DNA of 61,424 nt, the filler included, from Nemertoderma westbladi (Eukaryota; Animalia; Xenacoelomorpha), in assembly GCA_032718475.1 (NCBI GenBank). It is 3 parts of 3 records of this genome, joined end to end, with 100 filler letters (N's around TTAATTAATTAA, not from the genome) between each part and the next. Parts side by side here need not be neighbours in the genome. Positions count along the whole stretch, not along the records: positions 1 to 28,627 come from JAUCBJ010005119.1; 2 more parts are not named here. One strand, 5' to 3'. Below, one piece after another: positions 1-12,866 of the stretch; positions within the stretch are counted from its first letter, which is position 1, and every line of letters begins with the position of its first letter. Under the pieces are notes generated by a model that did not search any database, was not told where the DNA came from, and saw only the letters and a program-made list of their open reading frames with translations. Position numbers and translations under genes: made by a program.

Positions 1-329
1 AGGCGGATTTCAGAACATGCTGTGTTGTTTATTCGATTATTTGGTACTACATGTAAGTAAGGCTGGAAATATACTATATGGATTTACCCATATAGCCTGA
101 GAAAGAGGCCTTTACAAAGAAGGCCTTCTGGATTAAATTACATATAACACTTATGTTAATCAATGCAATGGTTATTAAACATAGCAAGCAGCAACCCGGA
201 AGCTAAATAAACCCAACTTAGTGATGTTGTTACATTAACATTATCCACTTTTTCTAATATTTATTTAATTATGAATAAACTTTACCTTTTTTTACAGATA
301 TTAATGGCACAAGCAAATGGGTAACTCTA

Positions 330-1560
330 GTGATGGACAGCTGCCCAATGAACCTGATGCAAACGGTAATGAAAGATAACCCCAGTTGGGGAGATAAATA
401 TCTTCTTGCACCAGGTCTTGGGCACCTGGAACACAATATGATCAAAGCTGCCACTGCTGCTGGTTGGGAGCTAGAATTCGAGTTACTTGTGACGACGAAC
501 GGATTTAAAAGTCAGGGGTGGCTGAAGAGCTGCCGCTGCACCACCGACCACCATAAGTCTTGGGAAGCCGTCCAGGTTGCTTTGGTAGGGACTACTCGCG
601 AGCAACTTAAAAAGTATTACCTCAGTTTAGACAAGACATTGTCTGAAGCTGAAGCAATTGTCGAATTGCAGAAGTTCATGGACAACTGTCCTAATGACGG
701 CTTCGTTGCCCTCATGCAGTTCAACACAACATTTTTATTGGCGATTCTGATATTACAAGTTGGTTTCCGGAGGAACCGCATGGACCTAATTGTCTGTGCC
801 ATGGTGAAGTTTGCACCTTTGTTTTTTGCACGGGGGCATACCCACTATCAGAAAATTGTCTCGTATATTGCGTGTCAGCGTCTACGGCTTCCAAAAAATA
901 TACTGGACTATTTAGACACAAATACGTCACATAAGAGAACCAAAATTTCCACTAATGGCGAAGGGGCCGACTATGTTTTAGAGGGGTTACATCAGATGTT
1001 GAAACACCTGCACCCGCATGGAATGACCAGAAACATGGAGAAATGGGAAGAGTTATATATGGATTGGTCTCAGTAGTCTACGAGTTAAGATCAAAGTTCC
1101 TGCAATCATCTAACGCGAAATCATCCAGCGATGAAACTTCCCATTCCAAGCATCTGGTTGATGCCGTTAAAAACTGGCAGAAATCGTAGCATCATCTCCA
1201 ATATGCGACCCCAAATTCCCATTGCCATCTCAAGGTATTGGTGGTACACAGCTGTTGACCCAATTTGCAGACATTAAAGACATTGGTATGCAACATTTCG
1301 AAATTGTTGTTGAGCGTTTTTTGAGCGAGGGACAAACATATTACGATATAGAAAGTCTTAAAAAAATTCCAATAACCAAGGACGAAGAGTTTCTTGCATC
1401 ACGCATAACCAACTGGACAGTTGCGGAACTAATAGAAAAAATAAAAACTACAATATATGATTTGGATTTAGAGGATAAAGAGGAGTATACTAAAAAACTA
1501 GAGGATTGTAAAGTAAAGAAAGATTATGTTGAACTGTTATCTAAGTTATTATCGTTTTAA
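330..1560 (+). pseudogene. Academ-like DDE transposase, C-terminal part, disrupted
   Basis: ORF 330-1076 has PGLGHLEHNM (cf. G.fH), 'GFRRNRMDL..AM...APLFFARGHTHYQK' (cf. R.gnw.l....mlP.Ffa.gH.NYar) and 'GADYVLE' (cf. D..iE). The downstream fragment 1222-1560 is in another frame. Confidence 0.55.
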
Positions 1561-1794
1561 AATTTCAACATGATGATCAACATGTCTTGATCCTATGTTT
1601 TTTGTTAGTTTGGTGGGGTGTAAGACTCTAGTGTATTACCCGTTTATTTTATAACTATTTACATGTGTGTGCAAAGTATAATATAATGGATTACAGTACA
1701 CGTTAAACAATTTATTGTTTTTTCCTTAAAGTTTCCAACTCATCTACAAATGTGTTAGTCAAAGTCAAGCGAACATTAAAGCATACCGTAGAAC

Positions 1795-1899
1795 ATCGCC
1801 GTGACCGTCACAAAAGTCACCCCCCCCCCTGTCACAAAATGTCACGCAAACTCGACCCCCCCCCCCCCCAGTGCGTGACATACTTTATGAACGCCCCCC
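1795..1899 (-). mobile_element. Solo DNA-transposon terminus (GGGGGCGTTCATAAAGTATGTCACGC on - strand) with GTCAC subterminal motifs
   Basis: Typical TIR-like end plus repeated gtcac/gtgac motifs and poly-C runs. It could be the right end of the upstream transposase remnant; no partner end is seen. Confidence 0.45.
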
Positions 1900-2884
1900 T
1901 GAACATTGTAATAAGTATGAGCTAACACAAAGGGCTTTAGAGGAGTAATTAATTTTTTTAAGAGTAATTTTGCCATCAATCATAGAAATCGGTTGATATG
2001 AGCTAGAGTTATAAGCAAACGTGCGAATTTGCGAAAATGTGCCATCCTTACTGACCAATGACCATATAAATAATTAAACTTAATATAAAACGGGATCCAC
2101 GCAAGTCAAGTATACAAAATATCCAATGAATAAATGGACCAGAACATGTTATTAAGTAATATTTATTATTTACTAGGTTTTGACCTTCAATATGTAATCA
2201 TATAATTCATCAGATAAGTACATACAATTGATACGTATTGCATGGGAACGGAATTACAGTATTTATCAATAATTGTGAATTATGTATAATATTGTGATAA
2301 TAAATAATATACCGGTAAATGTTTATTAAATATAATATTGAATTCAAATAGTTCTTAAAGTAACCGCGCCGGTACTCTCCTCACCTGACCACTCTTGCGT
2401 CATGCGTTGTTCTTCTTCCTTATCTTTATTCCGGATTGCCACTGGAGTGGGTCGGTTCTTCTGTGGTTGGGGTTGCTGTCCACTGGTGGTTGCAGCAGCG
2501 CGGTTGGCATTGTCCCACTTGGCTTGTAATACCGCAGCCTCTTCCATGGTCCCCGCTTCTTATGGTACCCCACGTGGGTCCTGCACATCCACTTGACCCC
2601 TTCCATCTCAAACGTCTCTATCAACCCGATACATTCAGCATGACCCCAAACACTAAAAATATGAATATGTATAGGAATGTAATTCAGTCAGGTAACATAG
2701 TCCGTCATTAAGGTCACAGAGTACGTTTGGGAGTTCAACAATTTTTTATGGTGGAATTAAATGCCAAATTTTATGTAGTTTCCGGGAAAAAAACCGTTTT
2801 CCAATATCTATTTTTGTCTTTGAATCATGTAATGTTTTATGGCAGCATGGTATTTTTTAACAAAGAACTATTTTTTAACATTGA

Positions 2885-3310
2885 GATCAACTGACCGACA
2901 TAGTGACTGACAAACGGTCTGTCAGTCAGACGGTCTCATTTGGTCTGTCACATACCGAATGAGTGACTGACAAACGACTGAATGACTCATAGAGCAACCG
3001 AACGACGTTATTACCAGCACCAGTTTTCAAATTTGGCGGAATCTAGTTTGTCTGTCTGTTTGTCGGTCAACATATATAAGCAAACAGATTACCTAATCAA
3101 ATTTATTGCTATGGGTGTTTTCCTGGTCGATTTCAATTCTGGTGTCATTCTTGATGTTTGACGGAATCTAGTAAGCTCTCTATCTGTAGAGTGCACGGAC
3201 AGACATACAAACAGCCTGCCTCGATTTCGTCAAACTTCAAAACTGTCACCGTAATTAATATCAGCGTCCGCAGAAAAACCCCCATATCGGAAATTTTTGT
3301 TAGTTGGTAT
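2885..3310. repeat. Degenerate gacagac-rich ~120-bp repeat units in inverted arrangement
   Basis: 3197-3305 resembles the unit at 38870-39420 (gacagac..gatt..aaac..aaaactg..atcagc..aaaaacccccata..gttagtt); 3010-3190 holds opposite-strand copies. Confidence 0.5.
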
Positions 3311-5459
3311 ACCCCCTTATAATTTGGCAGATATTTAGAACTAACCTTATAATTTCAAATCTATGTATAATCGACCCCCCCCCCCCCCCACTATTAAAAT
3401 TTAAACCCTGACTATTTAAATTGGGTATGAATAAAGAATTCCGGGCACCATAGATTTTGCTGTTTACACAGTTTAAAATATTTTAAATAACAAAAATTAA
3501 TATATTTATTTTTAAGTAGAAGTTGACTATTGACGCACCTAGGTTATCAGATTTGGTGTCATTGGATTTTGTGATCGATCTACTATTGGTACCTTTCGCC
3601 GCTTCAAGTTTTTGATCCGGCAATGAATTTCATCTTTGCTCTCGCGACTTACACCGGGTTTTAATTTGTATCTGAGTCTGGCGATTTCGTATTCTCGTAA
3701 GTTTTCCTTATTGACACCAAGGTCTACCGACACCTCAGACATCGACAGAGAGTCATGGCATTAGCCTGTTGGAGTCGGTCCATTACTCTGAATCTGCATC
3801 GGATTGGACTCCGATGCTTCAGCCTCCGCGATGTCGGCGTCGGGGTTCAGCCATGCATCCCCAATTGTAAGATACGATGACTCGGATGAAGCATCCAACT
3901 CAGACGCAGATCTGTTGTGGAATTCTTCCGAAGGTGCAACATATACGTCCCTACAATCTTTCAAATACGACGTCGCAAACACAGACGAAGCACAAAATTC
4001 AAAAGCCATTCAACTCTTAATTATTGTAGATATACTTAATATCAAGAATAAATTGGCCTATGAAATGTGTTTGTAAAGTCAGAATGCTGAAGACAGGTAG
4101 ATCTGTAGATAAGTTAATAGTAATACAGTAATAGTAATAGTGAATAATAACTATTAATTAAAAAAGGGGTGGCCATAAATGTTACGCCGTCCCAGGTGAC
4201 AGTGCATATCAGAGACGGAAAATATGAATAAATATAATTCCGAGAGACAAGGTAAGGAAACTGGACAATAATCTCATTGTTGCGAATTAATATTATTTTT
4301 CCTCTCCATATCAAATCACCAATTTAACTTTAATTCAACCTTTTCAACTTTAAATCTATTCAACTTAACTTATCAATTTATAGGTCCTACTATCTAGGCT
4401 CTACGCAAATACAGCTGAGAACAGCTTGTTTTGGTTAGACTATTGTGCCATTGTAACCTGCTCCTTTCCCTTAATTATAATTATTTAACATTGAGGCAAG
4501 ATAATAATTCACCAATACCTATGGGGATAAAGTAGACCAAAGTAGTCAAGACCCAGTCAATTTAACGCTGACTGGACGGTCCTTCTTGCAGACAATCACA
4601 CCAATGGCTATTAATGTACATCTGGCATTTGGCTGCTATGCTATTTAATAAGGAAGGAGTGCCTCAAGCTCTACAAGTAATACACAGTACACAGTGCAAC
4701 AGGTTTCTTACAGCCAACCCTGATTAGACCTCTGCCTTAGCCTTTCATAGGTAGCCTAGACCATATGTCACTGATCTGGCTATCATGTGCTTATGTTATT
4801 AGTGCCGGCAGGTATGCTTTGTTCAAGGGGAACTTTTAGTCTCTCTGTCTCTGCATCTCTGCCCTGGCTAATAACTATCAGTAGAGTGTAGGCCTACTAA
4901 TTCAGTAATTGCCTATTTAGCTAAAGGCAGATAGATAAAGATAGGACTGAATCTGAAATAATAATTGACCAATGGAAGATAAAACAGCCAGCCGTCCTGC
5001 AGACTTGCTCTTGGACAACTCTGCAGCCAAGTACTGAACCCCTGATTAACATTGCTGTCAATCACCAGGTTGGATAAAATATGGCTTGGCGTCATGCTGC
5101 TAGGCCAGCCTAGTTACAAATCTGGGTGGACAGGTTAAATGTCGGCACTCTTTGATAATTTGTACTGATTCAGTCCAGCCCAATGTAGAATAATCTGGGT
5201 GGATATTTCTTATAAATGTGAAATTTTACAGAAAGAGCCACCCCCATTCGTGGTGTCCGTCCACCCCCATTTTGAGTAGTGCTCCCTCCCCCCTAACTGC
5301 TATGGCTATTGTACCTACATCAGTAGGCTAACTACATTGCATGACATGATCACCTAAAATTAAAATTAGGGTGGTGTTAGCCTACCACTTAGTACCTGAG
5401 AGTAAGTAAGCCTTCTGCAGTAGCCTATTGACTTACCAGGAGGTCGTTTTGTGTTAATA

Positions 5460-7660
5460 CCTAGTTAGTCTGCGTGCTAGCAGAACAACGAAATCTGCCT
5501 TGCCGCGGCATGACTGGTCCTCTCTGTTGCAACAGCCAAGTGTGAGATCCAGCTTCACACTACAGCTGAGCAACAGGTATAAGGTTCTTGCCTCTGAGGC
5601 GGCAGATCACTGTGAGGGCTATACTGCCTTCACTGAAGCAGTTAAGTTAGCAGCTGCAGAAACAGTTCCTGTATACCCTCGAAACAGGAAAAGGGCCCCC
5701 TGGACTGACAACAAAATCCAGAAGTCCCGAAATGACCTATATAAGGCGCAGAAAGAGTCCCGACTCAAACAGACTACTGCAGCCAAGAATGCAGTTAAGG
5801 CTGCATCTAGGTCCCTGAACAGGCAGTACTCTGTTAATCTACAGGAGCTATTAAACCAACAGGTTGATGCCATCAATGATGCCGACGACAGCAGGCAATC
5901 ATCCCAGGCATGGAAATCGATCAACTTGCTTACTGGGCGGAAAAGCCAACCAACCACCAAGGTTAAGGCTGAATCACCAGCCGATTGCCTCAATGGTTGG
6001 AAGGTCCTCTTTGAAAAGCTCCTCAATAATGACAGGGTATTGACTGATAACTTTATAGAAGTAAAAGTGTCTGAGTCTGTACTCCCAGATATTCCCATTG
6101 GTGATATCTCCTTTGCAGAAGTGAGGGCTGCTGCAAAGAGCATTAAGACCAATCGTGCCAGTGGAGAAGATGGTGTTCCCCCTAAGGTCTTTAAAATACC
6201 TGAGTGCTTAAAGCTCATCTATCCCATCATAGTAGACATGTACCGAACAACAAGAGTCCCACAAGAAATGAAAACAAATAATTTGATGCCAGTTCCCAAG
6301 TAGGGCAGCCTAACACTCTATGGTTCTTTTCGTGGAATCTCATTGATCTCGATTGCTGCAAAGCTATACAATAGAATTCTATTAAATCGCATCAGGGATC
6401 CCATTGAGAGACTGCTCCGTGGAAATCAGAATGGGTTCCGTAAAGGTCGTGGGACCATGGAACCCATTTTGGCACTTAGAAGGATAATTGAAGAGTTATC
6501 AAAAAAGAAAGACAGGCATCTGGCTGTTATCTTTGTTGACTTCTTCAAGGCCTTTGATTCAGTCCCCCGCTCACGATGTTCAGCATACTTTCATTATATG
6601 GGATACCTGATGAAATTATTGCAGCAATCAGATCAGTATACGATGGTTTGACAACATTTGTGTCTACTGTTGATGGTGACACAGAACCATCTGAAGTGTT
6701 ATGGGGCGTCCTCCAGGGAGACACACTTGCACCATTCTTGTTCATAATTGTGGTTGACTATGTTCTACGCATGTCCTTAGATAATCATCATGATGATGGG
6801 GTGATGATAACTCCACCTACTGGCTCCAGAAGTCGAGGAAATCCTGCCAAGTACCTAACTGATCTAGACTTTGCTGATGACTTAGGAGTACTCTCAGAAT
6901 CACTAGAGGGAGCCCAACGGCTCCTCAGCTCATTAGAACATGCTGCTTCTAGTGTTGGTCTTTTTCTTAACTCCAGAAAGACCAAAATTTTGACAGTTAA
7001 CTTTGAAAGTTCTCAGCAAGTCTCTGATCAGATGAGCATAAGCTCAAAGGATGGTATGCTTGAGCATGTGGACGACTTCTGTTACCTGGGATCATGGATC
7101 CGGAAGTCAGGATCTTCGAATACGTAAGGGAAAGGCATGGGCAGCCTTGAATAGGCTTTCCAGGATTTGGAAGTCACCAAGAATTAATCGGAAACTTAAG
7201 GTCCGATTATTTAGAGCAGCAGTAGTTCCAGTACTCCTCTATGGGAGTCCATGCTGGGCTCTAACTGCTAAGGACACCAAATCTCTGGATGGCACATTCA
7301 CAAGAATGCTACACCGGGTTCATTGTGTCAAGTACAATGCACACATCTCCAACCAGACACTCTATATAACATTGGAGGTGTCTCATTGGTTCCCCCAAGC
7401 TTGACACTAGAACAAAATCGCCTCCGCTTTGCAGGACATTGCTTTCGCCGTGAGGACCAGCCAGTGCATAATCTTGTACTTTGGCAGCCTCATGGAGTGA
7501 ATAAGCATGGTGGACAGCCCATGACTTTCTTGAGACGCATCTTAAAGGACACTGGCCTTGAAGATGCGGATGATCTAGCAAATGTCATGGGTGATAGGGA
7601 GTTGTGGTGGCGCAATTTTGTCGACAAGCCGGCACAGCATTCTTAAAAATGCAGCTGCAA
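5460..7660 (+). mobile_element. 5'-truncated RTE-clade LINE, reverse transcriptase pseudogene
   Basis: Frameshifted fragments with QNGFRKGR, VIFVDFFKAFDSV, GVLQGDTLAPFLF, LDFADD, YLGSWI, LLYGSPCW and RLRFAGHCFRR. Confidence 0.92.
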
Positions 7661-7967
7661 TGCAGCATGCCGATACTAGTATTAGTATTGCAATTATATA
7701 TATTTTTTATTTCAATTTATTCTGTTTTGTATATCGCCCTTTAAAATAACTAAGTAAGTTTTATTATAATAGTTTAATTATGTGTGGAAATTTGGATCTT
7801 AAAATACATACAGTAGGAAACTGTAACTTTCATTTTGTATTGATGTAAATAATACCTCAATTAAAGATAATTTTTATTTTCTATTTCAACCCATTCTGTT
7901 TGGGGGGGGGGGGGGGGGGCACATTGGAGGCTTTCCCCTGGGCGCAAAATACCTGGCTACACCCCTG

Positions 7968-8200
7968 GAATAGACCCCGCATGCTAAAGCAAGCAGGTGT
8001 CTCACATAGCAACTATGTGTTCATCAATGGTAGATGGAAGTTTTATGGGCTCTCTGCCTCTCAGGAGGTTGACCGGATTCATGAAAGCCTCCATCTCGAG
8101 TTTAGGCCTTGTGCCCCTCCAAGAGACCAAGAAACTCGAGATAAGCTGACATCTTATCCGTGTCACTCTGGGGTTACAAGAGATCGTAATTGCTGGCACA
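7968..8200 (+). pseudogene. Tyrosine recombinase C-terminal remnant (Crypton-like)
   Basis: 'RPRMLK..NYVFIN...SQEVDRIH...RDQET..LTSYPCHSGVTRDRNC' resembles the YR C-terminal motifs (RP..LF.n; R..eT; H-S..T....Y), with the catalytic Tyr position reading Cys. The 5' side is cut by a MITE end (gctacacccctg, to 7967). Confidence 0.45.
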
Positions 8201-8462
8201 AGGCAACCACCAGCCAGAGCTCATCTCAGATCTTTGATGGCTACCAGAATTTCCACCATATTCTGGATGGGGTACCTCTTTCACTTGTGGAAGAGGAAGC
8301 TGTATATACCAAAGTTGTAACTTCTGGAACTACAAATCCAAAGACTGCATCTTCAGTCCATTGAAAGGAAAGGAAGCAGTAATTCAGCTTAAAGAGGCCA
8401 ATGAGCAACTTCTGGCCATATACCCTCCAACACACAGTGTATAGATTACCCCAGATGATGGA

Positions 8463-9164
8463 ATGCCGCAGGATGCCCTTCTGCACTCTGGTTTAGAGTG
8501 CAGTCACTCTCTCAAGAAAAATCTGAGAACATACTGGGGGCATCAGCAGACCATCGAAAGGCAACACTATAAATACGAAGTGTATAAAAGAGATCAGCCC
8601 TCGTTAGAACACCCCGAGAAGTTTATTGCCGATACTTGGCAAGATAAACGGCTGCCCAGAATAGAAAAGGTGTTAAAGATTGGCCCAGAAAAGATACACC
8701 AAGGAAAAATAGCAGAGTGTATATCCAGTCTAGGATATCAGACCAGGATTGGGAAGGCCTCAAACGTCGAGACACATCCCTCTGAAGTTTTTGGTCAGTG
8801 TCTTATAACTACCAAATCCTTCATATGTGGTGATGTGATCTGCGACTACAATGGGGAACTAATCCCGACAACCAAGTATGTATATACATGGAAACAAATA
8901 AATGAGGAATTAGACAATTGCTACAATTTCTTCTTCCAACACAGATCACAATATTATTATATTAACCCCCAAGATGTATCTTCCTTTGGCAAGTTCATTA
9001 TGCTTTCCAAGGATGGCAATGTACGGCCAAAGCAAGAAATACATCTTGAAAAGGTTTGTATTACTTTTTATGCGATCAAGAACATAAAGGTTGGAGAAAT
9101 TCTGGCATATGATTATAATGATAGGAGATCTTGCTCTGCAGTTGCAGATTTCTGCAATGCTTGA
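8463..9164 (+). pseudogene. KMT5A/PR-Set7-like SET-domain ORF, degenerate
   Basis: FGQCLITTKSFICGDVICDYNGELI..YNFFF..FGKFIMLSKDGNV..FYAIKNIKVGEILAYDY. The canonical GxG and INHS motifs are altered. Confidence 0.75.
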
Positions 9165-9330
9165 TTTGTAATCATATGTGGCAGCAATAAGGTACCTTAA
9201 AGTAAACATGACATTTTGAATAAATCAAACAATAAGATAATTTATTATCTTTTAGTCAAATATTTAATTTTTTTTAGTTTTCAGAGTAATTAATAATAAT
9301 ATATTATGCAGTTTATTTCCAGAAAACTAA

Positions 9331-10920
9331 ATTTAAACTAAAATCTCAATATATTTTTTGTATTCTTTTCCATTTCCAAATTATTTAATCCAAGATACAA
9401 TAAGTTACTCGAGTCGAGGATATTAGACTCGAATCGAGGATTGCGCGCTGGAGCCTAAAATAGTACTACTTCTATCTTTGATTTTACCCTTTAATATCGA
9501 AAATCCGTTGCCTCTTAATGATTTAAACTAAAATCTCTATATGTTTTCTGTGTTCTTTTCCATTTCCAAATTATTTTCTCAAAGATACAATAAGTTTCTG
9601 ATTTAGACTCGAGTCGAGGATTGCGCACTCGAGCCTAATCAGTACTATTTCTATCTTTAATTTTCCTCTTTGATATCATTCTTTGTGTTTCATTCTTTAA
9701 CTAACAAAGTTTGTTGATTCTTATTGATTTTAAATTAAATCTCTCTGGTTCCATGTAAATTGAACCAACGTCAATTGAACCACGTCAATTGAAACACGTC
9801 AATTGAACCATGCGTCAATTGACCCAGCGTAAATTAAACCAGCTGCAATTGAACCAAGCGTCAATTGAACCAAGCGTCAATTGAACCAAGTGTCAGTTGA
9901 ACCAAGTGGCAATTGAACCATACGTCAGTTGAACCAAACGTCAATTGAACCAAGCATAAATAAACCCATAATCAAATAAAGAATCAATGAAATTAATTCC
10001 TATCAGTGTTGTGAAAAATACACTACAAATAAAGAAAAATAATTCAATTAAAAACTATAGTGATTAAAAATTAAGATTCTAGAATCTTAAAAAAGCATAG
10101 TTGAACATTTCACTAAAATAAAACCTGATTGGTAAACCAGAGACGCCACGATCGAAATATGGAGACCTAGCTCAGCGAATAGCAAATGTTGCAAAAACTT
10201 ACAATAACGTCCAAGATAAAATAGAATACCTACGGACGATGGCATACATCCAATAAATAAACAAAGAACATTAAAATGTTAAAGTAACTTAAATATTCGA
10301 CTAGAAGGAATTGAGTAACTTGTCTATATTGATGTCTGTGTTCAATAGAATTCCAAAATATAATTAATATTATGCATATTTATTTATTAATATTATTCAA
10401 CCCCCTTGAATAAAATAGATCATACTAGAATCTTCATCCACCAGTAGAACATTTCGCGATTAAAAAATAAAAAATTTGCAATAATTATTATTTTGTTGGT
10501 TTAATTAACATTTCATTAAAATGATGCTTGGGTCAAATGACGCATGGGTCAATTGACGCATGGGTCAATTGACGCTTGGTTCAATAGACGCTTGGTTCAA
10601 TTGACGCTTGGTTAAATTGACGTTTGGATCAATTGATGGGTGATAAAGTTTGGTTCAAATGACGTATGGTTCAATTGACGTGTGGTTCAATTGACATTGG
10701 TTCAATTGACACAATGTTAAATTGACGTTGGTTCAATTGACGTGGTTCAATTGACGTGGTTCAATTGACTTTGGTTCAGTTGACGTGTCACCATCTCTAT
10801 ATATATTTTCATTATTATTGTTCATTGTCCAAATTATTGAATCCAAGATACATTAAGTTACTGCTTTAGACTTGAGTCAAGCATTGCTCTCCCAAGCCTA
10901 GAACAGTACTACTTCTTATT
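9331..10920 (+). repeat. ~190-bp tandem repeat x3; third copy interrupted by a transposon
   Basis: Shared 'ccaaattatt..caagataca.taagtt..ttagact.gagtc.ag.attgc.c...agccta..agtactac' at ~9331-9500, 9521-9680, and 9731-9746 plus 10793-10920. Confidence 0.75.
9747..10792 (+). mobile_element. Non-autonomous MULE (Phantom/foldback-type) derivative
   Basis: GG..CC termini; inverted arrays of (c)gtcaattgaacc at both ends; near-perfect 8-bp TSD atctctct/atctctat; internal 10125-10256 encodes KYGDLAQRIANVAKTY..IEYLRTMAY*, like MULE transposase C-termini. Confidence 0.8.
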
Positions 10921-11398
10921 TCAATATTTTTCATTCATAATTTTTACTTTTGATTAATAAAATTATTTAGATTAAAACAATTTTATATATTTCCAAATTA
11001 GTTTTTCAAACTTACAATTGACAATTACATACTAATATTATTGGGATATTCGCCATCATTGCAGTTATATATGATTTGAGTGTCCACATACATACCAGTA
11101 TCATATGCCACTAATATCAAATTATTTTCAATAATTTGAATAATTTGAATCTATGAATAATTTTGGTATCTAAATGTTAATAATCATTTTTGCATCAGTA
11201 TCTCCATTGAATATTTATTGTTTATTAGTTGTATATATTTCGTATTAGAAATTTGGTATTTTATATTTCAATATGTTATATTATTTTTTATTCTAAATCA
11301 TTAATTATTTATATATTTAGCATTTAATATGTTTAATAAGCAGAAAATTTTGCTCCAATAGCTGGTTTAATCGAATTTTTCATTAGAATATGAATTAA

Positions 11399-12535
11399 CC
11401 CTATCAAACCCGGGGGGGGGGGGGTCAATATGACCCCCCCGTGGTTTTTTTATTATAATTCTGAAACAAACGCAGTTGGGAATCTGATTTTATGACTTTT
11501 CCAAAAAATCTATTGTCTTCCTAGTAGTGAAAACGATTTTTTTTGAAAACGAGTTATAGCACCATTTTTTAACCCTACTTTAGGCACTTTTTTTAGACGT
11601 TTTTTGAAAATTACATTTCATTAAATATGAATTGTAACATCTCTATTTTTGATTTACACCGGTTTTTTGGTGTTAGCAATTGGATGGAATTCATTTAAAA
11701 TGATTTAGAAATTTCAAACTTGTTTTTTTTTCGGCTGGTGCCAATTTTTGGTGCCAGCACCAAATTTTGAAAAATGTCAATTTTGTAAATTGATTGTTTG
11801 AAAGTTGTTTTTTAAGAAATTTGGGTTTTTTGGGGTTCTGGTTTCGATGAAATATATAAGAGTAGCACCAAGCGTATCAAACTTGTATTTTTCGGTGCTG
11901 TGTGCAAATTTTGGTGCTAGCACAAAATTTTGAAAATTCATTCAATAGATAAAATTGCTTGTGACAATTTATTTCTTGCGTTTATTGCTGTTCTGAATTC
12001 AATGGAATATATAATTATCGAACTAGACATCTCAAACTTGTATTTTTCGGAAGTGGGTGCAAAATGTGGTGCTAGCAACAAATTTTGAAAACCATCAAAT
12101 ATATAAATTGATTGTGTCACCTTGTTTCTTGCGTTATACGGGTTTGTGACGGTTCCGAATTCAAAAATGTTGTGTTCTAGCTGAAAACTGCTGGTTACTT
12201 GTTTTTTTCATTTATTTATAGTAATCATATCATTTTAAATATTTTCCAATGTATTTTGCGCCCCAGAAAACCGTTATTGAAAAACAATTAGCCTAAAAAT
12301 GTAACTTTCAAATTTTGTGAAAATTGTGCACTACTTGTAATTTTGGTGCTGCAATATAACCACCCCAGTACATTTTTTCGAAAATTTTTTTTCGGTCGGA
12401 TCCAGACTAGTGATACCTACACGTACAAACAAAAAATCAGATGTTTTCGTAAAAATTTGTAGATTTTAGAGGGATGGGTAAATATGACCCCCCCCCGGTA
12501 TTTGTACAACATTTTATAGCCCGGTACTAATAGGG
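11399..12535. mobile_element. piggyBac-like MITE
   Basis: TTAA on both flanks; CCCTAT..CCGGG / CCCGG..ATAGGG TIRs; subterminal ggg-tcaatatgaccccc motif at both ends; internal ~150-bp repeats. Confidence 0.8.
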
Positions 12536-12866
12536 TTAATGCCCTGGAATATCACTTTCACACATAAGTATGGCTAGTAGTATATAGTAACTAGTATTAT
12601 TTAATTAAACATTGGCATGAAAATAAAGTATATTATGGACCTTATAATTCTCAATTTTTTTTATTAGAAATATAAATTTTTCCTTGGGCTTTGGCCTCAA
12701 AATATATATGGTTTTACTAAAGTGAGATAAAAAAAATGCTACTTTCCTTTTTGTAAAAGAAATAGTTACTGTTTTGTAATTCAAATTAAATTCAAATGAA
12801 TGAAAGATATGTAATTTGTACTGGAAAGGGTGGTATATTTTGGCGGTAAATTCTAATCTGTTTTAA

